NCBI GenBank assembly: GCA_964016885.1
Contig: CAXHJY010000738.1
Coordinates: 62,001 to 126,000, forward strand
Source of the DNA: Eledone cirrhosa
Taxonomy: Eukaryota
Length of the DNA stretch: 64,000 bases
Reading direction: 5' to 3'
The translations under genes were made by a program, and so were the position numbers. The stretch's first letter is position 1; every line of letters starts with the position of its first letter. The notes under the pieces were generated by a model. It had not been told where the DNA came from, searched no databases, and saw nothing but the letters and a program-made list of their open reading frames with translations. Shown one piece after another: positions 1 to 13,969 of the stretch.

Positions 1-439
1 GTATATTACAGTACAGTAGGTATATTACAGTACAGTAGATATATTACAGTACAGTAGGTATAATACAGTAAAGTAGGTATATTACAGTACAGTAGGTATA
101 TTACAGTACAGTAGGTATAATACAGTACAGTAGGTATATTACAGTACAGTAGGTATATTACAGTACAGTAGATATATTACAGTACAGTAGATATATTACA
201 GTAGGTATATTACAGTACAGTAGATATATTACAGTACAGTAGGTATATTACAGTACAGTAGGTATATTACAGTACAGTAGATATATTACAGTACAGTAGG
301 TATATTACAGTACAGTAGATATATTACAGTACAGTAGGTATATTACAGTACAGTAGGTATATTACAGTACAGTAGGTATATTACAGTAGAGTAGGTATAT
401 TACAGTACAGTAGGTATATTACAGTACAGTAGGTATATT

Positions 440-3400
440 ACAGTACAGTAGATATATTACAGTACAGTAGGTATATTACAGTAGATATATTACAGTACAG
501 TAGGTATATTACAGTACAGTATGTATATTACAGTACAGTACGTATATTACAGTACAGTAGGTATATTATAATACAGTAGATATATTACAGTACAGTAGGT
601 ATATTACAGTACAGTAGGTATATTACAGTACAGTAGGTATATTACAGTACAGTAGATATATTACAGTACAGTAGATATATTACAGTACAGTAGGTATATT
701 ACAGTACAGTAGATAGATTACAGTACAGTTGGTATCTTACAGTACAGTAGATATATTACAGTAGGTATATTACAGTACAGTAGATATATTACAGTACAGT
801 AGGTATAATACAGTACAGTAGGTATATTACAGTACAGTAGATATATTACAGTACAGTAGATATATTACAGTACAGTAGGTATATTACAGTACAACAGATA
901 TATTACAGTAGGTATATTACAGTACAGTAGGTATATTACAGTACAGTAGATATATTACAGTACAGTAGATATATTACAGTACAGTAGGTATATTACAGTA
1001 CAGTAGGTATATTACAGTCCAGTAGGTATATTACAGTACAGTAGATGTATTACAGTACAGTATGTATATTACAGTATGTATATTACAGTACAGTAGATAT
1101 ATTACAGTACAGTAGATATATTACAGTACAGTAGGTATATTACAGTACAGTAGATATATTACAGTACAGTAGATATATTACAGTACAGTAGGTATATTAC
1201 AGTACAGTATGTATATTAAAGTATGTATATTACAGTACAGTAGATATAATACAGTACAGTAGATATATTACAGTACAGTAGATATATTACAGTACAGTAG
1301 GTATATTATAGTACAGTAGATATATTACAGTACAGTAGGTATATTACAGTACAGTAGGTATATTACAGTACAGTAGATATATTACAGTACAGTAGATATA
1401 TTACAGTACAGTAGATATATTACAGTACAGTAGGTATATTACAGTACAGTAGGTATATTACAGTACAGTAGATATATTACAGTACAGTAGATATATTACA
1501 GTACAGTAGGTATATTACAGTACAGTAGGTATATTACAGTACAGTAGATATATTACAGTACAGTAGATATATTACAGTACAGTAGGTATATTACAGTACA
1601 GTAGATATATTACAGTACAGTAGGTATATTACAGTACAGTAGATATATTACAGTACAGTAGGTATATTACAGTACAGTAGGTATATTAGAGTACAGTAGG
1701 TATATTACAGTACAGTAGGTATATTACAGTACAGTAGTTATATTACAGTACAGTAGCTTTATTACAGTACAGTAGGTATATTACAGTACAGTAGGTATAT
1801 TACAGTACAGTAGGAATATTACAGTACAGTAGGTATATTGCAGTACAGTAGGTATATTACAGTACAGTAGATATATTACAGTACAGTAGATATATTACAG
1901 TACACTAGGTATATTACAGTACAGTAGGTATATTACAGTACAGTAGATATATTACAGTACAGTATGTATATTACAGTACAGTATGTATATATTACAGTTC
2001 AGTAGGTATATTACAGTACAGTAGGTATATCACAGTACAGTAGATGTATTACAGTACAGTAGGTATATTACAGTACAGTAGATATATTACAGTACAGTAG
2101 ATATATTACAGTAGGTATATTACAGTACAGTAGATATATTACAGTACAGTAGGTATATTACAGTAGAGTAGGTATATTACAGTACAGTAGATATATTACA
2201 GTACAGTAGGTATATTACAGTACAGTAGATATATTACAGTATAGTAGGTATATTACAGTACAGTAGGTATATTACAGTACAGTAGGTATATTACAGTACA
2301 GTAGGTATATTACAGTACAGTAGGTATATTACAGTACAGTAGGTATATTACAGTACAGTAGGTATATTACAGTACAGAAGATATATTACAATACAGTAGG
2401 TATATTACAGTACAGTAGATATATTACAGTACAGTAGGTATATTACAGTACAGTAGGTATATTACAGTACAGTAGATATATTACAGTACAGTAGGTATAT
2501 TACAGTACAGTATATATATTACAGTACAGTAGGTATATTACAGTACAGTAGGTATATTACAGTACAGTAGATATATTACAGTACAGTAGGTATATTACAG
2601 TAGATATATTACAGTACAGTAGGTATATTACAGTACAGTATGTATATTACAGTACAGTACGTATATTACAGTACAGTAGGTATATTATAATACAGTAGAT
2701 ATATTACAGTACAGTAGGTATATTACAGTACAGTAGGTATATTACAGTACAGTAGGTATATTACAGTACAGTAGATATATTACAGTACAGTAGATATATT
2801 ACAGTACAGTAGGTATATTACAGTACAGTAGATAGATTACAGTACAGTTGGTATCTTACAGTACAGTAGATATATTACAGTAGGTATATTACAGTACAGT
2901 AGATATATTACAGTACAGTAGGTATAATACAGTACAGTAGGTATATTACAGTACAGTAGATATATTACAGTACAGTAGATATATTACAGTACAGTAGGTA
3001 TATTACAGTACAATAGATATATTACAGTAGGTATATTACAGTACAGTAGGTATATTACAGTACAGTAGATATATTACAGTACAGTAGATATATTACAGTA
3101 CAGTAGGTATATTACAGTACAGTAGGTATATTACAGTCCAGTAGGTATATTACAGTACAGTAGATATATTACAGTACAGTATGTATATTACAGTATGTAT
3201 ATTACAGTACAGTAGATATATTACAGTACAGTAGATATATTACAGTACAGTAGGTATATTACAGTACAGTAGATATATTACAGTACAGTAGATATATTAC
3301 AGTACAGTAGGTATATTAAAGTACAGTATGTATATTAAAGTATGTATATTACAGTACAGTAGATATAATACAGTACAGTAGATATATTACAGTACAGTAG

Positions 3401-4560
3401 ATATATTACAGTACAGTAGGTATATTATAGTACAGTAGATATATTACAGTACAGTAGGTATATTACAGTACAGTAGGTATATTACAGTACAGTAGATATA
3501 TTACAGTACAGTAGATATATTACAGTACAGTAGATATATTACAGTACAGTAGGTATATTACAGTACAGTAGGTATATTACAGTACAGTAGATATATTACA
3601 GTACAGTAGATATATTACAGTACAGTAGGTATATTACAGTACAATAGGTATATTACAGTACAGTAGATATATTACAGTACAGTAGATATATTACAGTACA
3701 GTAGGTATATTACAGTACAGTAGATATATTACAGTACAGTAGGTATATTACAGTACAGTAGATATATTACAGTACAGTAGGTATATTACAGTACAGTAGG
3801 TATATTAGAGTACAGTAGGTATATTACAGTACAGTAGGTATATTACAGTACAGTAGTTATATTACAGTACAGTAGCTTTATTACAGTACAGTAGGTATAT
3901 TACAGTACAGTAGGTATATTACAGTACAGTAGGAATATTACAGTACAGTAGGTATATTGCAGTACAGTAGGTATATTACAGTACAGTAGATATATTACAG
4001 TACAGTAGATATATTACAGTACACTAGGTATATTACAGTACAGTAGGTATATTACAGTACAGTAGATATATTACAGTACAGTATGTATATTACAGTACAG
4101 TATGTATATTACAGTTCAGTAGGTATATTACAGTACAGTAGGTATATCACAGTACAGTAGATGTATTACAGTACAGTAGGTATATTACAGTACAGTAGAT
4201 ATATTACAGTACAGTAGATATATTACAGTAGGTATATTACAGTACAGTAGATATATTACAGTACAGTAGGTATATTACAGTACAGTAGATATATTACAGT
4301 ATAGTAGGTATATTACAGTACAGTAGGTATATTACAGTACAGTAGGTATATTACAGTACAGTAGGTATATTACAGTACAGTAGGTATATTACAGTACAGA
4401 AGATATATTACAATACAGTAGGTATATTACAGTACAGTAGATATATTACAGTACAGTAGGTATATTACAGTACAGTAGGTATATTACAGTACAGTAGATA
4501 TATTACAGTACAGTAGGTATATTACAGTACAGTAGATATATTACAGTACAGTAGGTATAT
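440..4560. repeat. Higher-order tandem duplication, period ~2,119 bp
   Basis: Rare markers recur at a constant 2,119 offset: CGTATATTAC 541/2660, GGTATCTTAC 731/2850, CAGTAGCTTT 1751/3870, TAGGAATATT 1811/3930. Confidence 0.9.
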
Positions 4561-7500
4561 TACAGTACAGTATGTATATTAAAGTATTATATTACAGTAC
4601 AGTAGATATAATACAGTACAGTAGTTACATTACAGTACAGTAGGTATATTACAGTACAGTAGGTATATTACAGTACAGTAGGTATATTACAGTACAGTAG
4701 ATATATTACAGTACAGTATGTATATTACAGTATGTATATTACAGTACAGTAGATATATTACAGTACAGTAGATATATTACAGTACAGTAGGTATATTACA
4801 GTACAGTAGATATATTACAGTACAGTAGATATATTACAGTACAGTAGGTATATTACAGTACAGTATGTATATTAAAGTATTATATTACAGTACAGTAGAT
4901 ATAATACAGTACAGTAGATATATTACAGTACAGTAGATATATTACAGTACAGTAGGTATATTATAGTACAGTAGATATATTACAGTACAGTAGGTATATT
5001 ACAGTACAGTAGGTATATTACAGTACAGTAGATATATTACAGTACAGTAGATATATTACAGTACAGTAGATATATTACAGTACAGTAGGTATATTACAGT
5101 ACAGTAGGTATATTACAGTACAGTAGATAGAGTACAGTACAGTAGATATATTACAGTACAGTAGGTATATTACAGTACAGTAGGTATATTACAGTACAGT
5201 AGGTATATTACAGTACAGTAGATAGATTACAGTACAGTAGGTATATTACAGTACAGTAGGTATATTACAGTACAGTAGATATATTACAGTACAGTAGATA
5301 TATTACAGTACAGTAGATATATTACAGTACAGTAGATATATTACAGTACAGTAGATATATTACAGTACAGTAGGTATATTACAGTACAGTAGATAGATTA
5401 CAGTACATTAGATATATTACAGTACAGTAGATATATTACAGTACAATAGGTATATTACAGTACAGTAGGTATATTACAGTACAGTAGATATATTACAGTA
5501 CAGTAGGTATATTACAGTACAGTAGATATATTACAGTACAGTAGATATATTACAGTACAGTAGGTATATTACAGTACAGTAGGTATATTACAGTACAGTA
5601 GGTATATTACAGTACAGTAGGTATATTACAGTACAGTAGATATATTACAGTACAGTAGGTATAATACAGTACAGTAGGTATATTACAGCACAGTAGGTAT
5701 ATTACAGTACAGTAGTTATAATACAGTACAGTAGGTATATTACAGTACAGTAGGTATATTACAGTACAGTAGGTATATTACAGTACAGTAGGTATATTAC
5801 AGTACAGTAGGTATATTACAGTACAGTAGATATAATACAGTACAGTAGATATATTACAGTACAGTAGGTATATTACAGTACAGTAGGTATATTACAGTAC
5901 AGTAGGTATATTACAGTACAGTAGGTATATTACAGTACATTAGGTATATTACAGTACACTAGGTATATTACAGTACAGTAGGTATATTACAGTACAGTAG
6001 ATATATTACAGTACACTAGGTATATTACAGTACAGTAGGTATATTACAGTACAGTAGATATATTACAGTACAGTAGGTATAATACCATACAGTAGGTATA
6101 TTACAGTACAGTAGGTATATTACAGTACAGTAGGTATAATACAGTACAGTAGATATATTGCAGTACAGTAGGTATATTAGACTACAGTAGGTATATTACA
6201 GTACAGTAGGTATATTAAAGTACAGTAGGTATAATACAGTACAGTAGGTATATTACAGTACAGTAGGTATATTACAGTACAGTAGATATAATACAATACA
6301 GTAGATATATTGCAGTACAGTAGGTATATTACTGTACAGTAGGTATATTACAGTACAGTAGATATATTACAGTACAGTAGTTATATTACAGTACAGTAGG
6401 TATATTACAGTACAGTAGGTATATTACAGTACAGTAGATATATTACAGTACAGTAGATATATTACAGTACAGTAGGTATAATACAGTACAGTAGGTATAT
6501 TACAGTACAGTAGGTATATTACAGTACAGTAGGTATATTACACTACAGTAGGTATATTACACTACAGTAGGTATATTACAGTACAGTAGGTATATTAAAG
6601 TACAGTAGGTGTAATACAGTACAGTAGGTATATTACACTACGGTAGGTATATTACAGTACAGTAGATATATTACAGTACAGTAGATATAATACAGTACAG
6701 TAGATATATTACAGTACAGTAGGTATATTACAGTACAGTAGGGATATTACAGTACAGTAGGTATATTACAGTACAGTAGGTATATTACAGTACAGTAGGT
6801 ATATTATAGTACAGTAGATATATTACAGTACAGTAGGTATATTACAGTACAGTAGATATATTACAGTACAGTAGATATATTACAGTACAGTAGGTATATT
6901 ACAGTACAGTAGGTATATTACAGTACATTAGGTATATTACAGTACAGTAGGTATAATACAGTACAGTAGATATATTACAGTACAGTAGGTATATTACAGT
7001 ACAGTAGGTATGTTACAGTACAGTAGATATATTACAGTACAGTAGGTATAATACAGTAAAGTAGGTATATTACAGTACAGTAGGTATATTACAGTACAGT
7101 AGGTATAATACAGTACAGTAGGTATATTACAGTACAGTAGGTATATTACAGTACAGTAGGTATGTTACAGTACAGTAGGTATATTACAGTACAGTAGGTA
7201 TATTACAGTACAGTAGGTATATTACAGTACAGTAGGTATATTACAGTACAGTAGGTATATTACAGTACAGTAGATATATTACAGTACAGTAGGTATATTA
7301 CAGTGCAGTAGGTATATTACAGTACCGTAGATATATTACAGTACAGTATGTATATTACAGTACAGTATGTATATTACAGTACAGTAGGTATATTACAGTA
7401 CAGTAGGTATATCACAGTACAGTAGGTATAATACAGTACAGTAGATATATTACAGTACAGTAGGTATATTACAGTACAGTAGATATATTACAGTACAGTA

Positions 7501-7649
7501 GATATATTACAGTAGGTATATTACAGTACAGTAGATATATTACAGTACAGTAGGTATATTACAGTACAGTAGGTATATTACAGTAAGTAGATATATTACA
7601 GTACAGTAGGTATATTACAGTACAGTAGATATATTACAGTACAGTAGGT

Positions 7650-10170
7650 ATATTACAGTACAGTAGGTATATTACAGTACAGTAGATATATTACAGTACA
7701 GTAGGTATAATACAGTAAAGTAGGTATATTACAGTACAGTAGGTATATTACAGTACAGTAGGTATAATACAGTACAGTAGGTATATTACAGTACAGTAGG
7801 TATATTACAGTACAGTAGATATATTACAGTACAGTAGATATATTACAGTAGGTATATTATAGTACAGTAGATATATTACAGTAGGTATATTACAGTACAG
7901 TAGATATATTACAGTACAGTAGGTATATTACAGTACAGTAGGTATATTACAGTACAGTAGATATATTACAGTACAGTAGGTATATTACAGTACAGTAGAT
8001 ATATTACAGTACAGTAGGTATATTACAGTACAGTAGGTATATTACAGTACAGTAGGTATATTACAGTAGAGTAGGTATATTACAGTACAGTAGGTATATT
8101 ACAGTACAGTAGGTATATTACAGTACAGTAGATATATTACAGTACAGTAGGTATATTACAGTAGATATATTACAGTACAGTAGGTATATTACAGTACAGT
8201 ATGTATATTACAGTACAGTACGTATATTACAGTACAGTAGGTATATTATAGTACAGTAGATATATTACAGTACAGTAGGTATATTACAGTACAGTAGGTA
8301 TATTACAGTACAGTAGGTATATTACAGTACAGTAGATATATTACAGTACAGTAGATATATTACAGTACAGTAGGTATATTACAGTACAGTAGATAGATTA
8401 CAGTACAGTTGGTATCTTACAGTACAGTAGATATATTACAGTAGGTATATTACAGTACAGTAGATATATTACAGTACAGTAGGTATAATACAGTACAGTA
8501 GGTATATTACAGTACAGTAGATATATTACATTACAGTAGATATATTACAGTACAGTAGGTATATTACAGTACAATAGATATATTACAGTAGGTATATTAC
8601 AGTACAGTAGGTATATTACAGTACAGTAGATATATTACAGTACAGTAGATATATTACAGTACAGTAGGTATATTACAGTACAGTAGGTATATTACAGTCC
8701 AGTAGGTATATTACAGTACAGTAGATATATTACAGTACAGTATGTATATTACAGTATGTATATTACAGTATAGTAGATATATTACAGTACAGTAGATATA
8801 TTACAGTACAGTAGGTATATTACAGTACAGTATATATATTACAGTACAGTAGATATATTACAGTACAGTAGGTATATTACAGTACAGTATGTATATTAAA
8901 GTATGTATATTACAGTACAGTAGATATAATACAGTACAGTAGATATATTACAGTACAGTAGATATATTACAGTACAGTAGGTATATTATAGTACAGTAGA
9001 TATATTACAGTACAGTAGGTATATTACAGTACAGTAGGTATATTACAGTACAGTAGATATATTACAGTACAGTAGATATATTACAGTACAGTAGATATAT
9101 TACAGTACAGTAGGTATATTACAGTACAGTAGGTATATTACAGTACAGTAGATATATTACAGTACAGTAGATATATTACAGTACAGTAGGTATATTACAG
9201 TACAGTAGGTATATTACAGTACAGTAGATATATTACAGTACAGTAGATATATTACAGTACACTAGGTATATTACAGTACAGTAGGTATATTACAGTACAG
9301 TAGATATATTACAGTACAGTAGGTATATTACAGTACAGTAGAAATATTACAGTACAGTAGGTATATTACAGTACAGTAGGTATATTACAGTACAGTAGGT
9401 ATATTACAGTACAGTAGGTATATTACAGTACAGTAGTTATATTACAGTACAGTAGCTTTATTACAGTACAGTAGGTATATTACAGTACAGTAGGTATATT
9501 ACAGTACAGTAGGAATATTACAGTACAGTAGGTATATTGCAGTAAAGTAGGTATATTACAGTACAGTAGATATATTACAGTACAGTAGATATATTACAGT
9601 ACACTAGGTATATTACAGTACAGTAGGTATATTACAGTACAGTAGATATATTACAGTACAGTATGTATATTACAGTACAGTATGTATATTACAGTTCAGT
9701 AGGTATATTACAGTACAGTAGGTATATCACAGTACAGTAGATATATTACAGTACAGTAGGTATATTACAGTACAGTAGATATATTACAGTACAGTAGATA
9801 TATTGCAGTAGGTATATTACAGTACAGTAGATATATTACAGTACAGTAGATATATTACAGTACAGTAGGTATATTACAGTACAGTAGATATATTACAGTA
9901 TAGTAGGTATATTACAGTACAGTAGTTATATTACAGTACAGTAGGTATATTACAGTACAGTAGGTATATTACAGTACAGTAGGTATATTACAGTACAGTA
10001 GGTATATTACAGTACAGTAGGTATATTACAGTACAGAAGATATATTACAGTACAGTAGGTATATTACAGTACAGTAGATATATTACAGTACAGTAGGTAT
10101 ATTACAGTACAGTAGGTATATTACAGTACAGTAGATATATTACAGTACAGTAGGTATATTACAGTACAGT
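7650..10170. repeat. Third, non-adjacent copy of the ~1-2,500 block (offset ~7,680)
   Basis: CGTATATTAC 541/8221 and GGTATCTTAC 731/8411 (offset 7,680); CAGTAGCTTT 1751/9450 (offset 7,699, one extra monomer). Confidence 0.88.
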
Positions 10171-13100
10171 AGATATATTGCAGTACAGTAGGTATAATAC
10201 AGTACAGTAGGTATATTACAGTACAGTAGATATATTACAGTACAGTAGATATATTACAGTACAGTAGATATATTACAGTACAGTAGGTATATTACAGTAC
10301 AGTAGATATATTACAGTACAGTAGGTATATTACAGTACAGTAGGTATATTACAGTACAGTAGATATATTACAGTACAGTAGATATATTACAGTACAGTAG
10401 GTATATTACAGTACAGTAGGTATATTACAGTACAGTAGGTATATTACAGTACAGTAGATATATTACAGTACAGTAGGTATATTACAGTACAGTAGGTTTA
10501 TTACAATACAGTAGATATATTACAGTACAGTATGTATATTACGGTACAGTATGTATATTACAGTACAGTAGGTATATTACAGTACAGTAGGTATATCACA
10601 GTACAGTAGGTATAATACAGTACAGTAGATATATTACAGTACAGTAGGTATATTACAGTACAGTAGGTATATTACAGTACAGTAGGTATATTACAGTACA
10701 GTAGGTATATTACAGTACTGTAGTTATATTACAGTACAGTAGATATATTACAATACAGTAGGTATATTACAGTACAGTAGATATATTACAGTACAGTAGG
10801 TATATTACAGTACAGTAGATATATTACAGTACAGTAGGTATAATACAGTACAGTAGGTATATTACAGTACAGTAGATATATTACAGTACAGTAGATATAT
10901 TACAGTACAGTAGGTTTATTACAGTACAATAGATATATTACAGTAGGTGTATTACAGTACAGTAGGTATATTACAGTACAGTAGATATTTTACAGTACAG
11001 TAGATATATTACAGTACAGTAGGTATATTACAGTACAGTAGGTATATTACAGTACAGTAGATATATTACAGTACAGTATGTATATTACAGTATGTATATT
11101 ACAGTACAGTAGATATATTACAGTACAGTAGATATATTACAGTACAGTAGGTATATTACAGTACAGTAGATATATTACAGTACAGTAGATATATTATAGT
11201 ACAGTAGGTATATTACAGTACAGTATGTATATTAAAGTATGTATATTACAGTACAGTAGATATAATACAGTACAGTAGATATATTACAGTACAGTAGATA
11301 TATTACAGTACAGTAGGTATATTATAGTACAGTAGATATATTACAGTACAGTAGGTATATTACAGTACAGTAGGTATATTACAGTACAGTAGATATATTA
11401 CAGTACAGTAGATATATTACAGTACAGTAGGTATATTACAGTACAGTAGATATATTACAGTACAGTAGGTATATTACAGTACAGTAGGTATATTACAGTA
11501 CAGTAGGTATATTACAGTACAGGAGATATATTACAGTACAGTAGATATATTACAGTACAGTAGGTATATTACAGTACAGTAGGTATATTACAGTACAGTA
11601 GATATATTACAGTACAGTATGTATATTACAGTACAGTATGTATATTACAGTACAGTAGGTATATTACAGTACACTAGGTATATTACAGTACAGTAGGTAT
11701 ATTACAGTACAGTAGATATATTACAGTACAGTAGGTATATTACAGTACAGTAGATATATTACAGTACAGTAGGTATATTACAGTACAGTAGTTATATTAC
11801 AGTACAGTAGGTATATTACAGTACAGTAGGTATAATACAGTACAGTAGATATATTACAGTACAGTAGTTATATTACAGTACAGTATGTATATTACAGTAC
11901 AGTAGGTATATTACAGTACAGTAGGTATATCACAGTACAGTAGGTATAATACAGTACAGTAGATATATTACAGTACAGTAGGTATATTACAGTACAGTAG
12001 ATATATTACAGTACAGTAGGTATATTACAGTACAGTAAGTATATTACAGTACAGTAGATATATTACAGTACAGTAGGTATATTACAGTTCAGTAGGTATA
12101 TTACAGTACAGTAGGTATATTACAGTACAGTAGATATATTACAGTACAGTAGGTATATTACAGTACATTAGATATATTACAGTACAGTAGTTATATTACA
12201 GTACAGTAGTTATAATACAGTACAGTAGATATATTACAGTACTGTAGTTATAATACAGTACAGTAGGTATATTACAGTACAGTAGGTATATTACAGTACA
12301 GTAGGTATATTACAGTACAGTAGATATATTACAGTACAGTAGGGATATTACAGTACAGTAGGTATATTACAGTACAGTAGATATATTTCAGTACAGTAGG
12401 TATATTACAGTACAGTAGGTATATTACAGTACAGTAGATATATTACAGTACAGTAGGTATAATACAGTACAGTAGATATATTACAGTACAGTAGTTATAT
12501 TGCAGTACAGTAGTAATAATACAGTACAGTAGATATATTACAGTACAGTAGTTATATTACAGTACAGTAGTTATAATACAGTACAGTAGATATATTACAG
12601 TACAGTAGTTATAATACAGTACAGTAGGTATATTACAGTACAGTAGGTATATTACAGTACAGTAGGTATATTACAGTACAGTAGGTATATTACAGTACAG
12701 TAGGTATATTACAGTACAGTAGATATATTACAGTACAGTAGGTATAATACAGTAAAGTAGGTATATTACAGTACAGTAGGTATATTACAGTACAGTAGGT
12801 ATATTACAGTACAGTAGGTATATTACAGTACAGTAGATAGATTACAGTACAGTAGATATATTACAGTACAGTAGGTATATTACAGTACAGTAGGTATATT
12901 ACAGTACAGTAGTTATAATACAGTACAGTAGGTATATTACAGTACAGTAGGTATATTACAGTACAGTAGGTATATTACAGTACAGTAGATATATTACAGT
13001 ACAGTAGGTATATTACAGTACAGTAGGTATATTACAGTACAGTAGGTATATTACAGTACAGTAGGTATATTACAGTACAGTAGATAGATTACAGTACAGT

Positions 13101-13969
13101 AGATATATTACAGTACACTAGGTATATTACAGTACAGTAGGTATATTACAGTACAGTAGGTATTTTACAGTACAGTAGGTATATTACAGTACAGTAGATA
13201 TATTACAGTACAGTAGATATATTACAGTACAGTAGGTATAATACAGTACAGTAGGTATATTACAGTACAGTAGGTATATTACAGTACAGTAGGTATATAA
13301 CAGTACAGTAGGTATATTACAATAGGTATATTACAGTACAGTAGGTATATTAAAGTACAGTAGGTATAATACAGTACAGTAGGTATATTACAGTACAGTA
13401 GGTATATTACAGTACAGTAGATATATTACAATACAGTAGATATAATACAGTACAGTAGATATATTACAGTACAGTAGGTATATTACAGTACAGTAGGTAT
13501 ATTACAGTACAGTAGGTATATTACAGTACAGTAGGTATATTACATTACAGTAGATATATTACAGTACAGTAGATATATTACAGTACAGTAGGTATATTAC
13601 AGTACAGTCGGTATATTACAGTACATTACGTATATTACAGTACAGTAGGTATAATACAGTACAGTAGATATATTACAGTACAGTAGGTATATTACAGTAC
13701 AGTAGGTATATTACAGTACAGTAGATATATTACAGTACAGTAGGTATAATACAGTAAAGTAGGTATATTACAGTACAGTAGGTATATTACAGTACAGTAG
13801 GTATAATACAGTACATTAGGTATATTACAGTACAGTAGGTATATTACAGTACAGTAGGTATGTTACAGTACAGTAGGTATATTACAGTACAGTAGGTATA
13901 TTACAGTACAGTAGATATTTTACAGTACAGTAGGTATAATACAGTACAGTAGATATATTACAGTACAGT

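Noticed and set aside
56-66. TATAAT (-10 box) and TATA-like motifs as promoters
   Set aside because: They are single-base variants of the monomer, repeated many times, with no -35 element or downstream gene.
7572-7590. Singleton indel monomers (18 bp at ~7581 and ~60625, 21 bp at ~1985, 20 bp at ~28981)
   Set aside because: They are not shared by homologous block copies, so they cannot be distinguished from sequencing or consensus errors.
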